Under the pieces are notes generated by a model. That model made no database searches and was not told the DNA's origin. It worked only from the letters and a program-made list of their open reading frames with translations. 60,788 bases of DNA from a bacterium (GTDB lineage: Bacteria > Patescibacteriota > Minisyncoccia > UBA6257 > 2-01-FULL-56-20). The position numbers and the translations under genes are program-made. Position 1 is the first letter of the stretch. Every line of letters starts with the position of its first letter. The stretch covers positions 1-60,788 of the forward strand of contig JAKAUM010000012.1 of the NCBI GenBank assembly GCA_021827685.1. The letters run 5' to 3'. This document shows, piece after piece, positions 34,398 through 51,467 of the stretch.

Positions 34398-35260
34398 CGG
34401 TAATACGCGCGGCGCTCCACGCGGAAATCAATATACTGGAGGCGCCCGAAATTCGGCTGCGACATTAACTGTTCCAGCACGGCGAGATCCTCTGCCGCCG
34501 AAAAACGCAAACTGAAATATAAATCCGGCCCGTTCGTCGTCGAGACATCAACTTCTTCCAGGCTAAGATCCTTGAGCGCTATATCCGCCACTCCGATGCC
34601 GCTCGCGTTCAGGGTATCAAGGACGGAAACGAGGTTCGGCACGAATTCCGCAGGAAGGATTTCGTGCGCAAGGCCCGGGTCGGACTGCGAATAGTCGTGG
34701 ACGACGGGGATGAGATTGCCCTGCGTGTCCGGCGCGCGCGCGAACATAAAACCGTTCGCGTCGAACCAATAGCAATGCTCGTTCGCGCCGCCGCCGGCGC
34801 CCGAAGCGGCGCTTACCGTACTCGAAGCGCCGCCCGGCGCATTCCGCGGCATGAAGCACCAAATGCCCGCAGCCGAGCGCTCGGTTACGTTGATCGTGAG
34901 CGTATGGGTGAAATAATCCTTTGAAAGCGATGCGGATCTCAGGCGCGGATCGAAGGCGAGGTCCGACGAAGAAAGCGAGTCCGGCCAGGCCAGCATGTTC
35001 CGGTAGCCGAGGAGCGCGCCGAAGAACGGATGGCCGCGGCCCGCGGCGGCTTCCGCAATCGCAATCACCTGATCCGCGGGCACGGCGGCGTTCCCCGCGA
35101 CGGCAATGCGGTCCACGCGGAAGAGCGGCGCGCGGAGAAGCGCGAGCGCGATTCCGAGGAGCGCGAGGACTGCGGCGGCGGCGGCGAACGCGACGAAGAG
35201 GAAACGGCGCCCCCTCCGCCGCCGCCGCTGTTTTTCGGAAAGATAAGAATCGAACTGCAT
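34394..35260 (-). CDS. ftsQ: FtsQ/DivIB-like cell division protein
   Basis: N-terminal TM segment followed by a POTRA-like FRVDRIAVAGNAAVPADQVIAIAE. Confidence 0.6.
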   Translation of the reverse strand: MQFDSYLSEKQRRRRRGRRFLFVAFAAAAAVLALLGIALALLRAPLFRVDRIAVAGNAAVPADQVIAIAEAAAGRGHPFFGALLGYRNMLAWPDSLSSSDLAFDPRLRSASLSKDYFTHTLTINVTERSAAGIWCFMPRNAPGGASSTVSAASGAGGGANEHCYWFDANGFMFARAPDTQGNLIPVVHDYSQSDPGLAHEILPAEFVPNLVSVLDTLNASGIGVADIALKDLSLEEVDVSTTNGPDLYFSLRFSAAEDLAVLEQLMSQPNFGRLQYIDFRVERRAYYR

Positions 35261-35265
35261 GGGCG

Positions 35266-36465
35266 TCAGACGACGATGCGCTCCATGAGCGGGTTGAGGC
35301 GGGTAAGAAATTCATAATGGGTCGTGCCCGCCTTCCGCGCCTGCTCCTCCGCCCAGATTGCGCAGCCGCCCGCGCTCCCGACCAAAGTGGCGATACTGCC
35401 GACGCGGATCGGCGCCGTAGCTCCCGCCATGCCCGCCGCGCCGCGGGGCGCGGCAACCATGGAAATGTCCATGCATACCCTCCCCAGGATCCGCGCGCGC
35501 TTCCCGCCGATGACCGCTTCGCCCGCGCCCATATCGCCCGAGAGCGCGCGCGGGAGCCCGTGCCAGTACCCGACGGGGAGGATGGCCATATCCGTCCGCG
35601 CGGCGGCGCGCCCCGCGAGATCATATCCCACGCGATCCCCCGCGCGGAGTGACTTTGTCTCGCTTACGAACGCCCGCCAGGAAAGCACGGGGCGGAGCGC
35701 GAGCGCGCGGGCGAACCGGCGCCTGAGAGGATCCGAAGGCCAGTAACCGTAGAGGCCGATTCCGATCCGCACGGCGTCCAGATGATATTTTTTCCCGAGC
35801 AAAGTTCCGCCCGTCGCCGATGCGTGCCGGACAAGATCCTTAAAACCGGCCTCCTTGAAAAGTCCCGCCGCCCCCGCGAACGCGCGGAGCTGTTTTTCGG
35901 TCTGCGCCGCATGAGCAGGATCCTTCGCGGCGGCAAAATGAGTATATATGCCCTTGAGTTTCGGACGGAGCGCGGGACGCGCGGCAAGCGCCTTCAAGAC
36001 GCGGCGCAAATCCTCCGGATAAAAACCCTGCCGGTGCATGCCCGTATCTATCTTTATATGGAATGCCGGCGCCGCTTTCGCGCGCCCGAGCGCGGCAAGC
36101 GCCTCGAAGCTCGAAACCGTAACGGCGATCCCGCGCTCCGCCGCGTCGGCATAGCGCCCGGAAAGCGTAGGGCCGAGGGTAAGAATCGGCGCCCTGATTC
36201 CCGCGCGGCGGAGCGCGGCCCCTTCGACTTCGCTGTCCACGCAAAATCCGTCCACTTCCCCGGCTACGATCTTCGAGAATGCAAAAAGTCCGTGGCCGTA
36301 AGCGTTCGATTTCACGACCGACCACAGTTTGACGCCCGGGCCCGCGGACCGGCGGAATGCGCGGCAGTTCTCGCGCGCCGCGCGCGAGTCGATTTCAATC
36401 CACGTCCGAAGACCCCTCGCGCGCGCTTCGCGCGCGGCGCTAGCCGATGACGGCTTTGCCGACAT
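35266..36465 (-). CDS. alr: alanine racemase
   Basis: PLP-Lys motif VVKSNAYGHG, plus VGYWHGLPR and CMDISMV. I place the start at the ATG at 36465, which overlaps the serS end by 26 nt. The exact start is uncertain. Confidence 0.85.
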   Translation of the reverse strand: MSAKPSSASAAREARARGLRTWIEIDSRAARENCRAFRRSAGPGVKLWSVVKSNAYGHGLFAFSKIVAGEVDGFCVDSEVEGAALRRAGIRAPILTLGPTLSGRYADAAERGIAVTVSSFEALAALGRAKAAPAFHIKIDTGMHRQGFYPEDLRRVLKALAARPALRPKLKGIYTHFAAAKDPAHAAQTEKQLRAFAGAAGLFKEAGFKDLVRHASATGGTLLGKKYHLDAVRIGIGLYGYWPSDPLRRRFARALALRPVLSWRAFVSETKSLRAGDRVGYDLAGRAAARTDMAILPVGYWHGLPRALSGDMGAGEAVIGGKRARILGRVCMDISMVAAPRGAAGMAGATAPIRVGSIATLVGSAGGCAIWAEEQARKAGTTHYEFLTRLNPLMERIVV

Positions 36466-37720
36466 ATTTTTGGAGCACCTTCGGCACCTCGATTTTCCCC
36501 TCTTTCGTCTGGCAGTTTTCCAAAATCGCAATCAGGATGCGCGGGGTCGGGAGCGCGGTGCTGTTAAGCATATAGACGAACTTCTTCTCGCCGTCCGCAT
36601 CCGCGTATTTCACGCCGAGGCGCCGCGCCTGCCAATCCAAAAAATTGCTCGCCGATCCCGTCTCCGCCCAGCGGTTCATGCCCGGAAGCCAAACCTCCGT
36701 ATCGAATTGGCGGTATTTCCCGGCGCCGAGATCGCCCGCGCAAATCGCGAGGCGGCGGTAAGGCAAGCCGAGCTCTTCGTGCATTTCTCCGGACACAGCC
36801 AGCATCTCTTCCTGGAGCATATTCGATTTTTCAATATCCGCCTCCGCGAGCACTACCTGTTCCACTTTCATGAACTCATGCACGCGGTACAGCCCCTTCA
36901 AGTCCTTTCCATAGCTCCCGATCTCGCTCCGGTAGCACTGGCTGAAACCGGACATCCTGAGGGGCAGTTTCCCGAGCGGCAACATCTCGCCCGCATGGTA
37001 CGCGAGGAGCGGCGGCTCCGCCGTGCCGACGAGGAATTTTTTCTCCCTGCTCGCCGCGCCGTCCGATTCCTTGTCGCGGCCCGCAATCTCGTAAATTTCA
37101 TCGACCGCGGCGTCATATTCCTTTCCCTTGAAATATCCCGTACCGAAAAGCGCGAATTCCTTCACGAGCGTCGGCGGGATCATCGGCGCGTATCCCTTCT
37201 CCGCCATTTTGCTCATGGCGTACATCATGATGCCCATTTCCAAAAGGACGCCGTCGTTTTTCACGTAATAGCCGCGGAAGCCCGCCACTTTCGCGCCGCG
37301 GTCGAAATCGAGGATGTCGAGCGCCTCGCCGAGCGCCACATGGTCCTTCGGCGCAAAATCGAATTTTTTCGGCTCGCCCCGCCGGAAGACCTCCGTGTTG
37401 CCGGCTTCGCTTGCCCCGGGCGGCGTATCCGGCGAAATGACGTTCGGCAGGCGCGCCGCAAGCTCTTCGAATTTCTTGTCGAGCTCTTCCATCCGGCTTT
37501 CCTCCCAAACCTCATTGAACTGCTTCTTGAGCGCCGCGCCTTCCTCTTTATTTTTCGCCTTCTTCTGTTCGGCGCGGATGCCCTCCAATTTCTGCATGAA
37601 CCCGCGCCGCGCCTTGTCAACTTCAAGGAACTTGTCCACGGCCGACGGATCCATTCCCTTCCGCCGCGCCGCGTCCCTCACAACGTCCGCGTTTTCTCTC
37701 ACGAATTTGACGTCCAGCAT
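36440..37720 (-). CDS. serS: seryl-tRNA synthetase
   Basis: MLDVKFVRENADVV..., class II motifs GFSQCYRSEIGSYGKDLKGLYRVHEFMKVE, and TALPTPRILIAILEN. Confidence 0.95.
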   Translation of the reverse strand: MLDVKFVRENADVVRDAARRKGMDPSAVDKFLEVDKARRGFMQKLEGIRAEQKKAKNKEEGAALKKQFNEVWEESRMEELDKKFEELAARLPNVISPDTPPGASEAGNTEVFRRGEPKKFDFAPKDHVALGEALDILDFDRGAKVAGFRGYYVKNDGVLLEMGIMMYAMSKMAEKGYAPMIPPTLVKEFALFGTGYFKGKEYDAAVDEIYEIAGRDKESDGAASREKKFLVGTAEPPLLAYHAGEMLPLGKLPLRMSGFSQCYRSEIGSYGKDLKGLYRVHEFMKVEQVVLAEADIEKSNMLQEEMLAVSGEMHEELGLPYRRLAICAGDLGAGKYRQFDTEVWLPGMNRWAETGSASNFLDWQARRLGVKYADADGEKKFVYMLNSTALPTPRILIAILENCQTKEGKIEVPKVLQKYVGKAVIG

Positions 37721-37806
37721 GGAATCATCATACCCCAGATTAAATCTCCATTAAAGAGCGGGCATCCGTTGCAATGGACGTCCGCCCGGCGTAAAATGGG
37801 CTTATC

Positions 37807-39558
37807 ATGCCCGATTCGGCAAATGCCTCCCTCGACCGCATACGGCACTCGCTTGCCCATCTCCTTGCGGCGGCGGTTCTGAAGGAATTCCCCGACGCAA
37901 AGCTCGCCATCGGGCCGACGATCGAAAACGGCTTTTATTACGACTTTCTCCTTCCGCGGTCGCTCGCGCCGGACGACCTTGCGAAATTCGAGAAGACGAT
38001 GCGCTCGCTCGCGGCGCAAAATCTTCCGTTTAAAGGAGAGTCCGTCACGCCCGGGGAAGCCCGCGCACTGTTCAAGGATCAGCCGTTCAAGCTGGAGCTC
38101 GTCGAGGAATTCGCGAAGGCCGGCAACAAGCTCACCGTCTACCGGACGGGCGACGCCTTTATGGACCTCTGCCGCGGCGGGCATGTCGAAAACACGGAGG
38201 AAATACCCGCCGAAGGGTTCAAGCTCGATAAGATTGCAGGCGCCTATTGGCGCGGAAGCGAAAAGAATCCCATGCTCCAGCGGATTTACGGCATCGCATT
38301 CGAAAGCAAAAAGGCGCTGGATGACTTCCTCGCCCTGCGCGAAGAAGCGGAACAGCGCGACCATCGGAAGCTCGGCGAACGGCTGGACCTCTTTACGTTT
38401 TCCGATCTCGTGGGCCCCGGCCTCCCCCTGTGGACGCCGCGCGGCACGCTTCTCCGGGATATCCTGGATAAATTCGTCTGGGAGCTCCGCGAAAAGCGCG
38501 GCTACGTGCGCGTGGATATCCCGCACATCACGAAGCGCGGCCTCTATGAAAAAAGCGGCCACTGGGAAAAATATAAGGACGACCTCTTCCGCATCAAAAC
38601 CCGCGAAGGGCACGAGTTCGCGATGAAGCCGATGAACTGCCCCCATCATGCGCAGATCTACGCGCGCCGCCCGTGGAGCTACCGCGAGCTGCCCCAGCGC
38701 TACGCCTCGACCACGAAAGTGTACCGCGACGAGCAATCGGGCGAGCTTGCGGGGCTCACGCGGGTGCTCGCCATCACGCAGGACGACGCCCATGTGTTCT
38801 GCCGCGAAACGCAGGCGAAGGGGGAATTCATAAAAATCTGGGACATCGTCCACGAGTTCTACGGCGCATTCGGCTTCGCGCTCCGCGTGCGGCTCTCGCT
38901 CCACGACCCCGCGCATCCCGAAAAATACCTTGGCGACGCGGCGCGGTGGAAAACGGCCGAGGATATGCTCCGCGAGATCGCGCGGGAAAAGAAAGCTGAT
39001 GCGTTCGAGGGCGTCGGCGAGGCGGCGTTCTACGGCCCGAAGCTCGACTTCATGGCAAAGGACGCCCTCGGCCGCGAGCACCAGGTCGCGACCATCCAGC
39101 TCGACATGAACATGCCTGAGCGGTTCGACCTCGCCTGCACGAACGAGAAAGGCGGCCGCGAACGGATCGTCATGATCCATGCCGCCATCATGGGCTCCAT
39201 CGAGCGGTTCCTTGCCGTGATCATCGAGCACTACGCCGGCGCGTTCCCGACATGGCTCGCGCCCGTGCAAGCCGCGGTGCTCCCCGTAAGCGACAAATCG
39301 AATGAGTACGGCTCTTCGGTCTGCGCCGCGCTCGCCGCCGCCGGCATACGGGCGGAACTCTCCGAAGCCGACGAGTCGCTCGGCAAGCGCATCCGCGAGG
39401 CGAAACTCATGAAAATCCCCTACCTCCTCGTCGTGGGCGAAAAGGAACAGAAGGACGGCGCGGTAGCCGTACAAAGCAGGAAAGGCGACGAAGGCGCGGC
39501 GGCGCTCGAGGATTTCATTAAAAAAATCCGCAAGGAGGCGGAGATAAAGGCGATTTAG
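37807..39558 (+). CDS. thrS: threonyl-tRNA synthetase (no N-terminal TGS domain)
   Basis: Motifs: RHSLAHLLAAAV, DHRKLGERLDLF, MKPMNCPHH, FYGPKLDF. Anticodon-binding domain at the C-terminus. Confidence 0.95.
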   Translation: MPDSANASLDRIRHSLAHLLAAAVLKEFPDAKLAIGPTIENGFYYDFLLPRSLAPDDLAKFEKTMRSLAAQNLPFKGESVTPGEARALFKDQPFKLELVEEFAKAGNKLTVYRTGDAFMDLCRGGHVENTEEIPAEGFKLDKIAGAYWRGSEKNPMLQRIYGIAFESKKALDDFLALREEAEQRDHRKLGERLDLFTFSDLVGPGLPLWTPRGTLLRDILDKFVWELREKRGYVRVDIPHITKRGLYEKSGHWEKYKDDLFRIKTREGHEFAMKPMNCPHHAQIYARRPWSYRELPQRYASTTKVYRDEQSGELAGLTRVLAITQDDAHVFCRETQAKGEFIKIWDIVHEFYGAFGFALRVRLSLHDPAHPEKYLGDAARWKTAEDMLREIAREKKADAFEGVGEAAFYGPKLDFMAKDALGREHQVATIQLDMNMPERFDLACTNEKGGRERIVMIHAAIMGSIERFLAVIIEHYAGAFPTWLAPVQAAVLPVSDKSNEYGSSVCAALAAAGIRAELSEADESLGKRIREAKLMKIPYLLVVGEKEQKDGAVAVQSRKGDEGAAALEDFIKKIRKEAEIKAI

Positions 39559-39562
39559 CGGA

Positions 39563-40489
39563 ATGAAGCCGGCCGTACTGGCCATCGTCGGCCCTACCGC
39601 GAGCGGAAAAACGGCGCTTGCCGTCGCCGCGGCGCGCGCGCTGAACGGCGAAGTTGTTTCCGCCGATTCGCGGCAGGTCTACCGCGGCATGGACATCGGC
39701 GCGGGGAAGGTTTCGAGACGCGAGATGCGCGGCGTTCCCCATCATCTTCTCGACGTCGCCTCTCCGAAACGCGTTTTCAGCGCGGCGCGCTACCGCAAGC
39801 TCGGCCGCGCTGCCATCCAAAAAATATTGAAGCGCGGCAAGCTCCCCATAGTCGCGGGCGGGACCGGGTTCTATCTCGACGCGCTCCTCTACGACCGGCT
39901 CCTGCCGGAAGTGCCGCCCGACCCGAAAATCCGCGCGAAGCTGAAAAAGGAATCCGCCGCGGCGCTTTTCGCGCGGCTCCGCAGGCTCGATCCGCGCCGC
40001 GCGGCGGCGATCGACCGATTCAACAAGCGGCGCCTCGTTCGCGCGCTCGAGATAATCCGCGCGACGAAAAAACCCGTGCCGCCGCGCGGCGGCGGGAAAT
40101 CGGCGCAAAAAAGCCCGTATCGAGTGACTGCGATAGGACTTGCGCCGGAGCCGGAAGCCCTCAGGAAAAATATCCGCGACCGCCTCACGAGGCGCCTCCG
40201 CGCGGGGATGCTCCGCGAAACGGAACGCCTCCATGAACTCGGCGTAACCTGGCGCCGGCTCGACGAACTCGGCCTCGAATACCGCGCGGCGAGCCGCTGC
40301 CTCCGCGGCCTCATCGGCCGGGAAGAGATGTCCCGCGCGCTGGAACGCGACATCCGGCGCTATGCGAAGCGCCAGATGACCTGGTTCCGGCGCAATCCCG
40401 CGATCCGCTGGTTTAAAACCCCGGAAGCGGCGCTCCGGCACATTAAAAAAGAAAAACTCCTTCAAAAATATAATAGGCGGAGGCAATAA
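39563..40489 (+). CDS. miaA: tRNA dimethylallyltransferase
   Basis: IVGPTASGKTALAV...VSADSRQVYRGMDIGAGK. Confidence 0.9.
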   Translation: MKPAVLAIVGPTASGKTALAVAAARALNGEVVSADSRQVYRGMDIGAGKVSRREMRGVPHHLLDVASPKRVFSAARYRKLGRAAIQKILKRGKLPIVAGGTGFYLDALLYDRLLPEVPPDPKIRAKLKKESAAALFARLRRLDPRRAAAIDRFNKRRLVRALEIIRATKKPVPPRGGGKSAQKSPYRVTAIGLAPEPEALRKNIRDRLTRRLRAGMLRETERLHELGVTWRRLDELGLEYRAASRCLRGLIGREEMSRALERDIRRYAKRQMTWFRRNPAIRWFKTPEAALRHIKKEKLLQKYNRRRQ

Positions 40490-40509
40490 AGCCTCCGCCT
40501 GTTTTTTTT
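40476..40509 (+). terminator. rho-independent terminator after miaA
   Basis: Stem ggcggaggc(40476-40484)/gcctccgcc(40491-40499), followed by T8. Confidence 0.85.
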
Positions 40510-40590
40510 ACCGACCCCCTAGTCGGGGAGGCCGGCGAACGGACAATAGACGATCATGTCGCACCTCCTCTCCTCGGGAAAGATACTACC

Positions 40591-42048
40591 CTAGCCCGCA
40601 CCGCCAGTCAAGATTTTTTCCAAAAGCTCCCTTAGTATCTCCGGCCGCGCGCGGCCTCTCAATTTGGCCATCGCCTTGCCGATCAGGAATTGCATGCTCG
40701 CCGTCTTGCCTTTTCGATAATCGTCCGCCGCGGCCTTGTGCTCCCCTACTACGGCGAGCACCGCGGCTTCCACCTCGCCCATATCTTCCGCGACGCCCAG
40801 CCCTTCGCGTTTTATTATTTCCTCCGGATCCGCGCCCTCTGCAAACATGCGGGCGAGGACGTCCTTCGCCTGGCGCGAAGTGATCGCGCCTCGCGCGCCG
40901 AGCGCCACGAGGCGCGCGAGGCGCGCCGGCGAGATCTTCAATGAATCAAAGCCCGTTTCCGCTTCATTCATGAGCGCGCGCAAATCGCCCAAAAGAAAAT
41001 TGGCGACGGCCGCGGGCCTCGCCTTTGAAGCATCGGCATTGAATTCATCGAGCTCCGATGCCGTCTCCTCGAAGAACGCCGCGAGCGCGGGCTCGGCGGC
41101 CAAAAGATCCGCCTGCCCCGCCGCGAGACCAAATTCGGAAACGAACCGCGCGCGCTTCGCGGCCGGAAGCTCCGGGAGGGAAGCCCTAATTTCTCCGACG
41201 CCGAACGGCGCCGTCTCAAAGGGTGGAATGTCCGGCTCGGGGAAATAGCGGTAATCGTGCGCCTCTTCTTTCGAGCGCTGCGCAACCGTCTTTTGCGCGG
41301 CCTCGTCCCATCCGCGCGTTTCCTGCGCGATCTTCTCGCCGCGCGCGAGCGCTCCCTCCTGCCGCGCAAGCTCATACGCCACCGCGTCGCGCACCGCCTT
41401 GAACGAATTGATGTTCTTGAGCTCCACTTTCGTTCCCATGTCCCAGCTCACGTTCGCCTCGATTCTCATTTCTCCTTTTTCCATATTCGCGTCCGAAACG
41501 CCGAGATAGCGGAGGATGAGCTGGAACTCGCGCGCGAAAGCGGCCGCATCATCCGCGCTCCGGATGTCCGGCTCCGTCACGAGCTCCATTAAAGGCACTC
41601 CGGCGCGGTTGAAATCCACGAGCGAATATTTTCCCCGCCCTGCGCCGCCTGCGCCGTGCGCGAGCGTGCCCGTGTCCTCTTCAAGGTGGATGCGCCTGAC
41701 GCGCACGCCGTCCGGCGGGCCGCCGGGGATCGCGAGCGACCCTCCCGCGACGAGCGGCTCGTCGTACTGCGAGATCTGATAGCCCTTCGGCAAGTCGGGG
41801 TAGAAATAATTCTTGCGGTCGAACTTCGCCCGCGCGGCGACGGTGCCGCCGAGCGCAAGACCCGTCTTTATCGTGTGCGCGACCGCCTCGCGGTTCGGTA
41901 CGGGCAAAGTCCCGGGGTGGCCGAGGCAAACCGGGCATACGTTCACGTTCGGATGTTTTTCCTCCGGGTCGTTCAGCGAGTCGCAGAACATCTTCGTTCT
42001 TGTCTTGAGTTCCGCGTGAATCTCGAGCCCGATCGTGGGTTTCGGCAT
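40591..42048 (-). CDS. gatB: Asp/Glu-tRNA(Asn/Gln) amidotransferase subunit B
   Basis: IGLEIHAELKTRTKMFC...NVCPVCLGHPGTLP...RIEANVS. Confidence 0.95.
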   Translation of the reverse strand: MPKPTIGLEIHAELKTRTKMFCDSLNDPEEKHPNVNVCPVCLGHPGTLPVPNREAVAHTIKTGLALGGTVAARAKFDRKNYFYPDLPKGYQISQYDEPLVAGGSLAIPGGPPDGVRVRRIHLEEDTGTLAHGAGGAGRGKYSLVDFNRAGVPLMELVTEPDIRSADDAAAFAREFQLILRYLGVSDANMEKGEMRIEANVSWDMGTKVELKNINSFKAVRDAVAYELARQEGALARGEKIAQETRGWDEAAQKTVAQRSKEEAHDYRYFPEPDIPPFETAPFGVGEIRASLPELPAAKRARFVSEFGLAAGQADLLAAEPALAAFFEETASELDEFNADASKARPAAVANFLLGDLRALMNEAETGFDSLKISPARLARLVALGARGAITSRQAKDVLARMFAEGADPEEIIKREGLGVAEDMGEVEAAVLAVVGEHKAAADDYRKGKTASMQFLIGKAMAKLRGRARPEILRELLEKILTGGAG

Positions 42049-42083
42049 TGCTTCAATTATTCGCGATTCGTGCGGCGAAGTAA

Positions 42084-42108
42084 AGGAAAACGCGGGGGAT
42101 CCCCCCGC
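42084..42108 (-). terminator. rho-independent terminator after rplK
   Basis: Stem gcggggg(42092-42098)/cccccgc(42102-42108). On the minus strand it is followed by GTTTTCCTTT. Confidence 0.6.
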
Positions 42109-42164
42109 GCGCGGCGCGGCCGCGGCAGTGCGGCCGTGAAATAGGAAAAGCTTATGCTCTTACG

Positions 42165-42593
42165 CTAAGAGTCCGACACCTCGATTCCCATATTCCGCGC
42201 GGTGCCGCGGATAATGCGCTCGGCGGCATCGAGATCGTCGGTATTAAGGTCCGGCAGCTTCTTTTCGGCAATCGCGCGGATGTCCGCCTTGGATACCTTG
42301 CCCACCTTGGCCGTAAGCGGATTCGCGGCGCCTTTCTCGATTCCCGCGGCTTTCTTAAGAAGCGCCGCGGCGGGAGGCGTTTTCAGGACGAACTTGAAGC
42401 TCCTGTCCTCGAAAATCGTAATCTCGGCAGGAACAGTGTCTCCCTTCATCGCCTGCGTCGCATCGTTGAACTGCTTGCAGAAATCCTGAAGATTGATGCC
42501 GTGCGGGCCAAGTACGGTGCCGACCGGAGGCGCGGGCGTCGCGGCGCCCGCCTGGAGCTGCAGCTTCAATATGGTTTTTACTTTCTTTGCCAT
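42165..42593 (-). CDS. rplK: 50S ribosomal protein L11
   Basis: [34 protein letters not shown]. Confidence 0.95.
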   Translation of the reverse strand: MAKKVKTILKLQLQAGAATPAPPVGTVLGPHGINLQDFCKQFNDATQAMKGDTVPAEITIFEDRSFKFVLKTPPAAALLKKAAGIEKGAANPLTAKVGKVSKADIRAIAEKKLPDLNTDDLDAAERIIRGTARNMGIEVSDS

Positions 42594-42665
42594 GCGAGAA
42601 AAGGATACTAAATCGACCGACGAAAAGCAAGGAGCGGAGGGCGGAAAGGCCCGCGCCGCAGAATT

Positions 42666-43190
<525 letters not shown>

Positions 43191-43643
43191 TTAAATTTTC
43201 TTTAAAAGATTCTCAAGCGCTTCATTGCTCAACGGTTCGCGCGCGGGCGCCTTGCGCGGCTCCCGCGGGATGGCCGGAGCATATCCCGCACCGCCGGGCC
43301 GCCCGGGCCGCTCAGGAAGGACGGCCGGAGCCGCCGGCGCAGGCACGCCTCCCTTGAGAGGGACGCGGACGATCATGGAGCGGATGACTCCGTCCCGTAA
43401 GCGGAGGTCGCCCTCGAGCTTCTTCGCGTTCTCCTTCGGCGCATTAAAAACAAACGTAACGAATGCCGCCTCCGTATTGCCGTTGATGGGATAAGCGAGC
43501 GCGAGCCTCCTCGTACGCGGCTCGGAAACGGTTTCGCCGCCGTGCTGGCGCACGAGCGTCACGATTCCCGCTACGTCGTCCTCGCTCTTCAGGAGGAGCG
43601 CGAGCTCGTAATAGGTGTTTTTGTTCTCCGATGCTTCGTCCAT
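43191..43643 (-). CDS. rpsF: 30S ribosomal protein S6 (with C-terminal extension)
   Basis: YYELALLLKSEDD...RRLALAYPING...VIRSMIVRV. Confidence 0.85.
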   Translation of the reverse strand: MDEASENKNTYYELALLLKSEDDVAGIVTLVRQHGGETVSEPRTRRLALAYPINGNTEAAFVTFVFNAPKENAKKLEGDLRLRDGVIRSMIVRVPLKGGVPAPAAPAVLPERPGRPGGAGYAPAIPREPRKAPAREPLSNEALENLLKKI

Positions 43644-43664
43644 GGCCGGATCAGTATACGCGGC

Positions 43665-50432
<6,768 letters not shown>

Positions 50433-50495
50433 AGTGGGATTATGCTCGGGGACCCCGCACGCGCAAAAACGGCGCTTTTGCGGACGAAGTGCCGT

Positions 50496-51467
50496 TTAGT
50501 GGCTTTCTAGGTATTTAACTGTATTTCGGTGTTGCTCGTCAAGTGTAATGGCGTAAATGGTTTTCCCGGTCTTCGGATCGCTCAGATAATACCAGTACGG
50601 CGAGCGCTTGGGACGCGCGGCAGCTTCGATGGCGGAGATATCGGGACTCCCGATCGGACCAGGCGGGAATCCTTTATATAGGTAGGTATTGTAGGGCGAA
50701 TTGATTTTCAAGTCAAGGGCTCCGCAGTCGGGGGTGCCCGCGGGATCCGCGACCTGCATCGCGTAGCATACGGTCGCATCCACCTGGAGCGGCATGCCTG
50801 CGTTTTTTCTCTTCCAGAGGATGCCGGCAACGATTGCCTGATCCGCCGGATCCGGCACTTCTTTTTCCGCTATGGACGCGACGATGAGGTCGCTCGTCGC
50901 GTTCGCGGGATCCTGCGCAAGCGCCGGCCCCGCCTTCGCCTGGAAATCCGCCAGCATCTTTTGGACGACCTCCGCCACCGGCGAGCCGGTGAAAAAGCGG
51001 TAAGTGTCGGGAAAGAGTTTCCCTTCGATTCCGCCGCCGCCATGCGCCGCCGCGAACGAGATAAGCGCGCCGCGAGGGATCACGAGCGCGGCGCTCAGGA
51101 GAGCGTCGTCCTGGTAGACATTCGCGTCGGGCGGAATCGTGACCGAAACCTCGCGGCCGCCCCCGCCGGAAAGTTCGCGGAGTAGGGCGGGCGCGGACTG
51201 CGAGGGAGAGAGCCGATATTCTCCCGGCTGGAGCGAGAACGCGGATCCGGTGAAAAGCGAAAAGGCTCCGGCCGCAAGGGAAGAACGGATGAGGCCCGCG
51301 CGGGAAAGTCCCGCAATGACGCCCGTAAAGCTTTCTCCGCGCGAAATCGAAAAAATGACCGGCGCGGCGCCCGCGGCGGCGCGCGCGGGGCGCAGGGCGG
51401 CGGCGAAGAGAAGCGCCATGACGCCGATGACCAGCACGGCGGCGACTAAAGAGCGGCGCTTCGTCAT
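50496..51467 (-). CDS. mltG: endolytic murein transglycosylase MltG (YceG-like)
   Basis: N-terminal TM segment. Motifs: PLQVDATVCYA, NSPYNTYLYKGFPPGPIGSPD. Confidence 0.85.
   Translation of the reverse strand: MTKRRSLVAAVLVIGVMALLFAAALRPARAAAGAAPVIFSISRGESFTGVIAGLSRAGLIRSSLAAGAFSLFTGSAFSLQPGEYRLSPSQSAPALLRELSGGGGREVSVTIPPDANVYQDDALLSAALVIPRGALISFAAAHGGGGIEGKLFPDTYRFFTGSPVAEVVQKMLADFQAKAGPALAQDPANATSDLIVASIAEKEVPDPADQAIVAGILWKRKNAGMPLQVDATVCYAMQVADPAGTPDCGALDLKINSPYNTYLYKGFPPGPIGSPDISAIEAAARPKRSPYWYYLSDPKTGKTIYAITLDEQHRNTVKYLESH

Noticed and set aside
37699-39585. 628-aa minus-strand ORF antisense to thrS
   Set aside because: It is a shadow ORF of a high-GC gene, Arg/Ala/Glu-rich with no motifs. 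The plus strand carries unambiguous ThrRS motifs.
34617-40486. Long ORFs 34617..35624(-), 34921..35652(+), 35782..36450(+), 36329..37882(+) and 39518..40486(-)
   Set aside because: They are off-frame or antisense to ftsQ-like, alr, serS and miaA. Their composition is typical of out-of-frame high-GC DNA (Arg/Pro/Gly/Ala runs).
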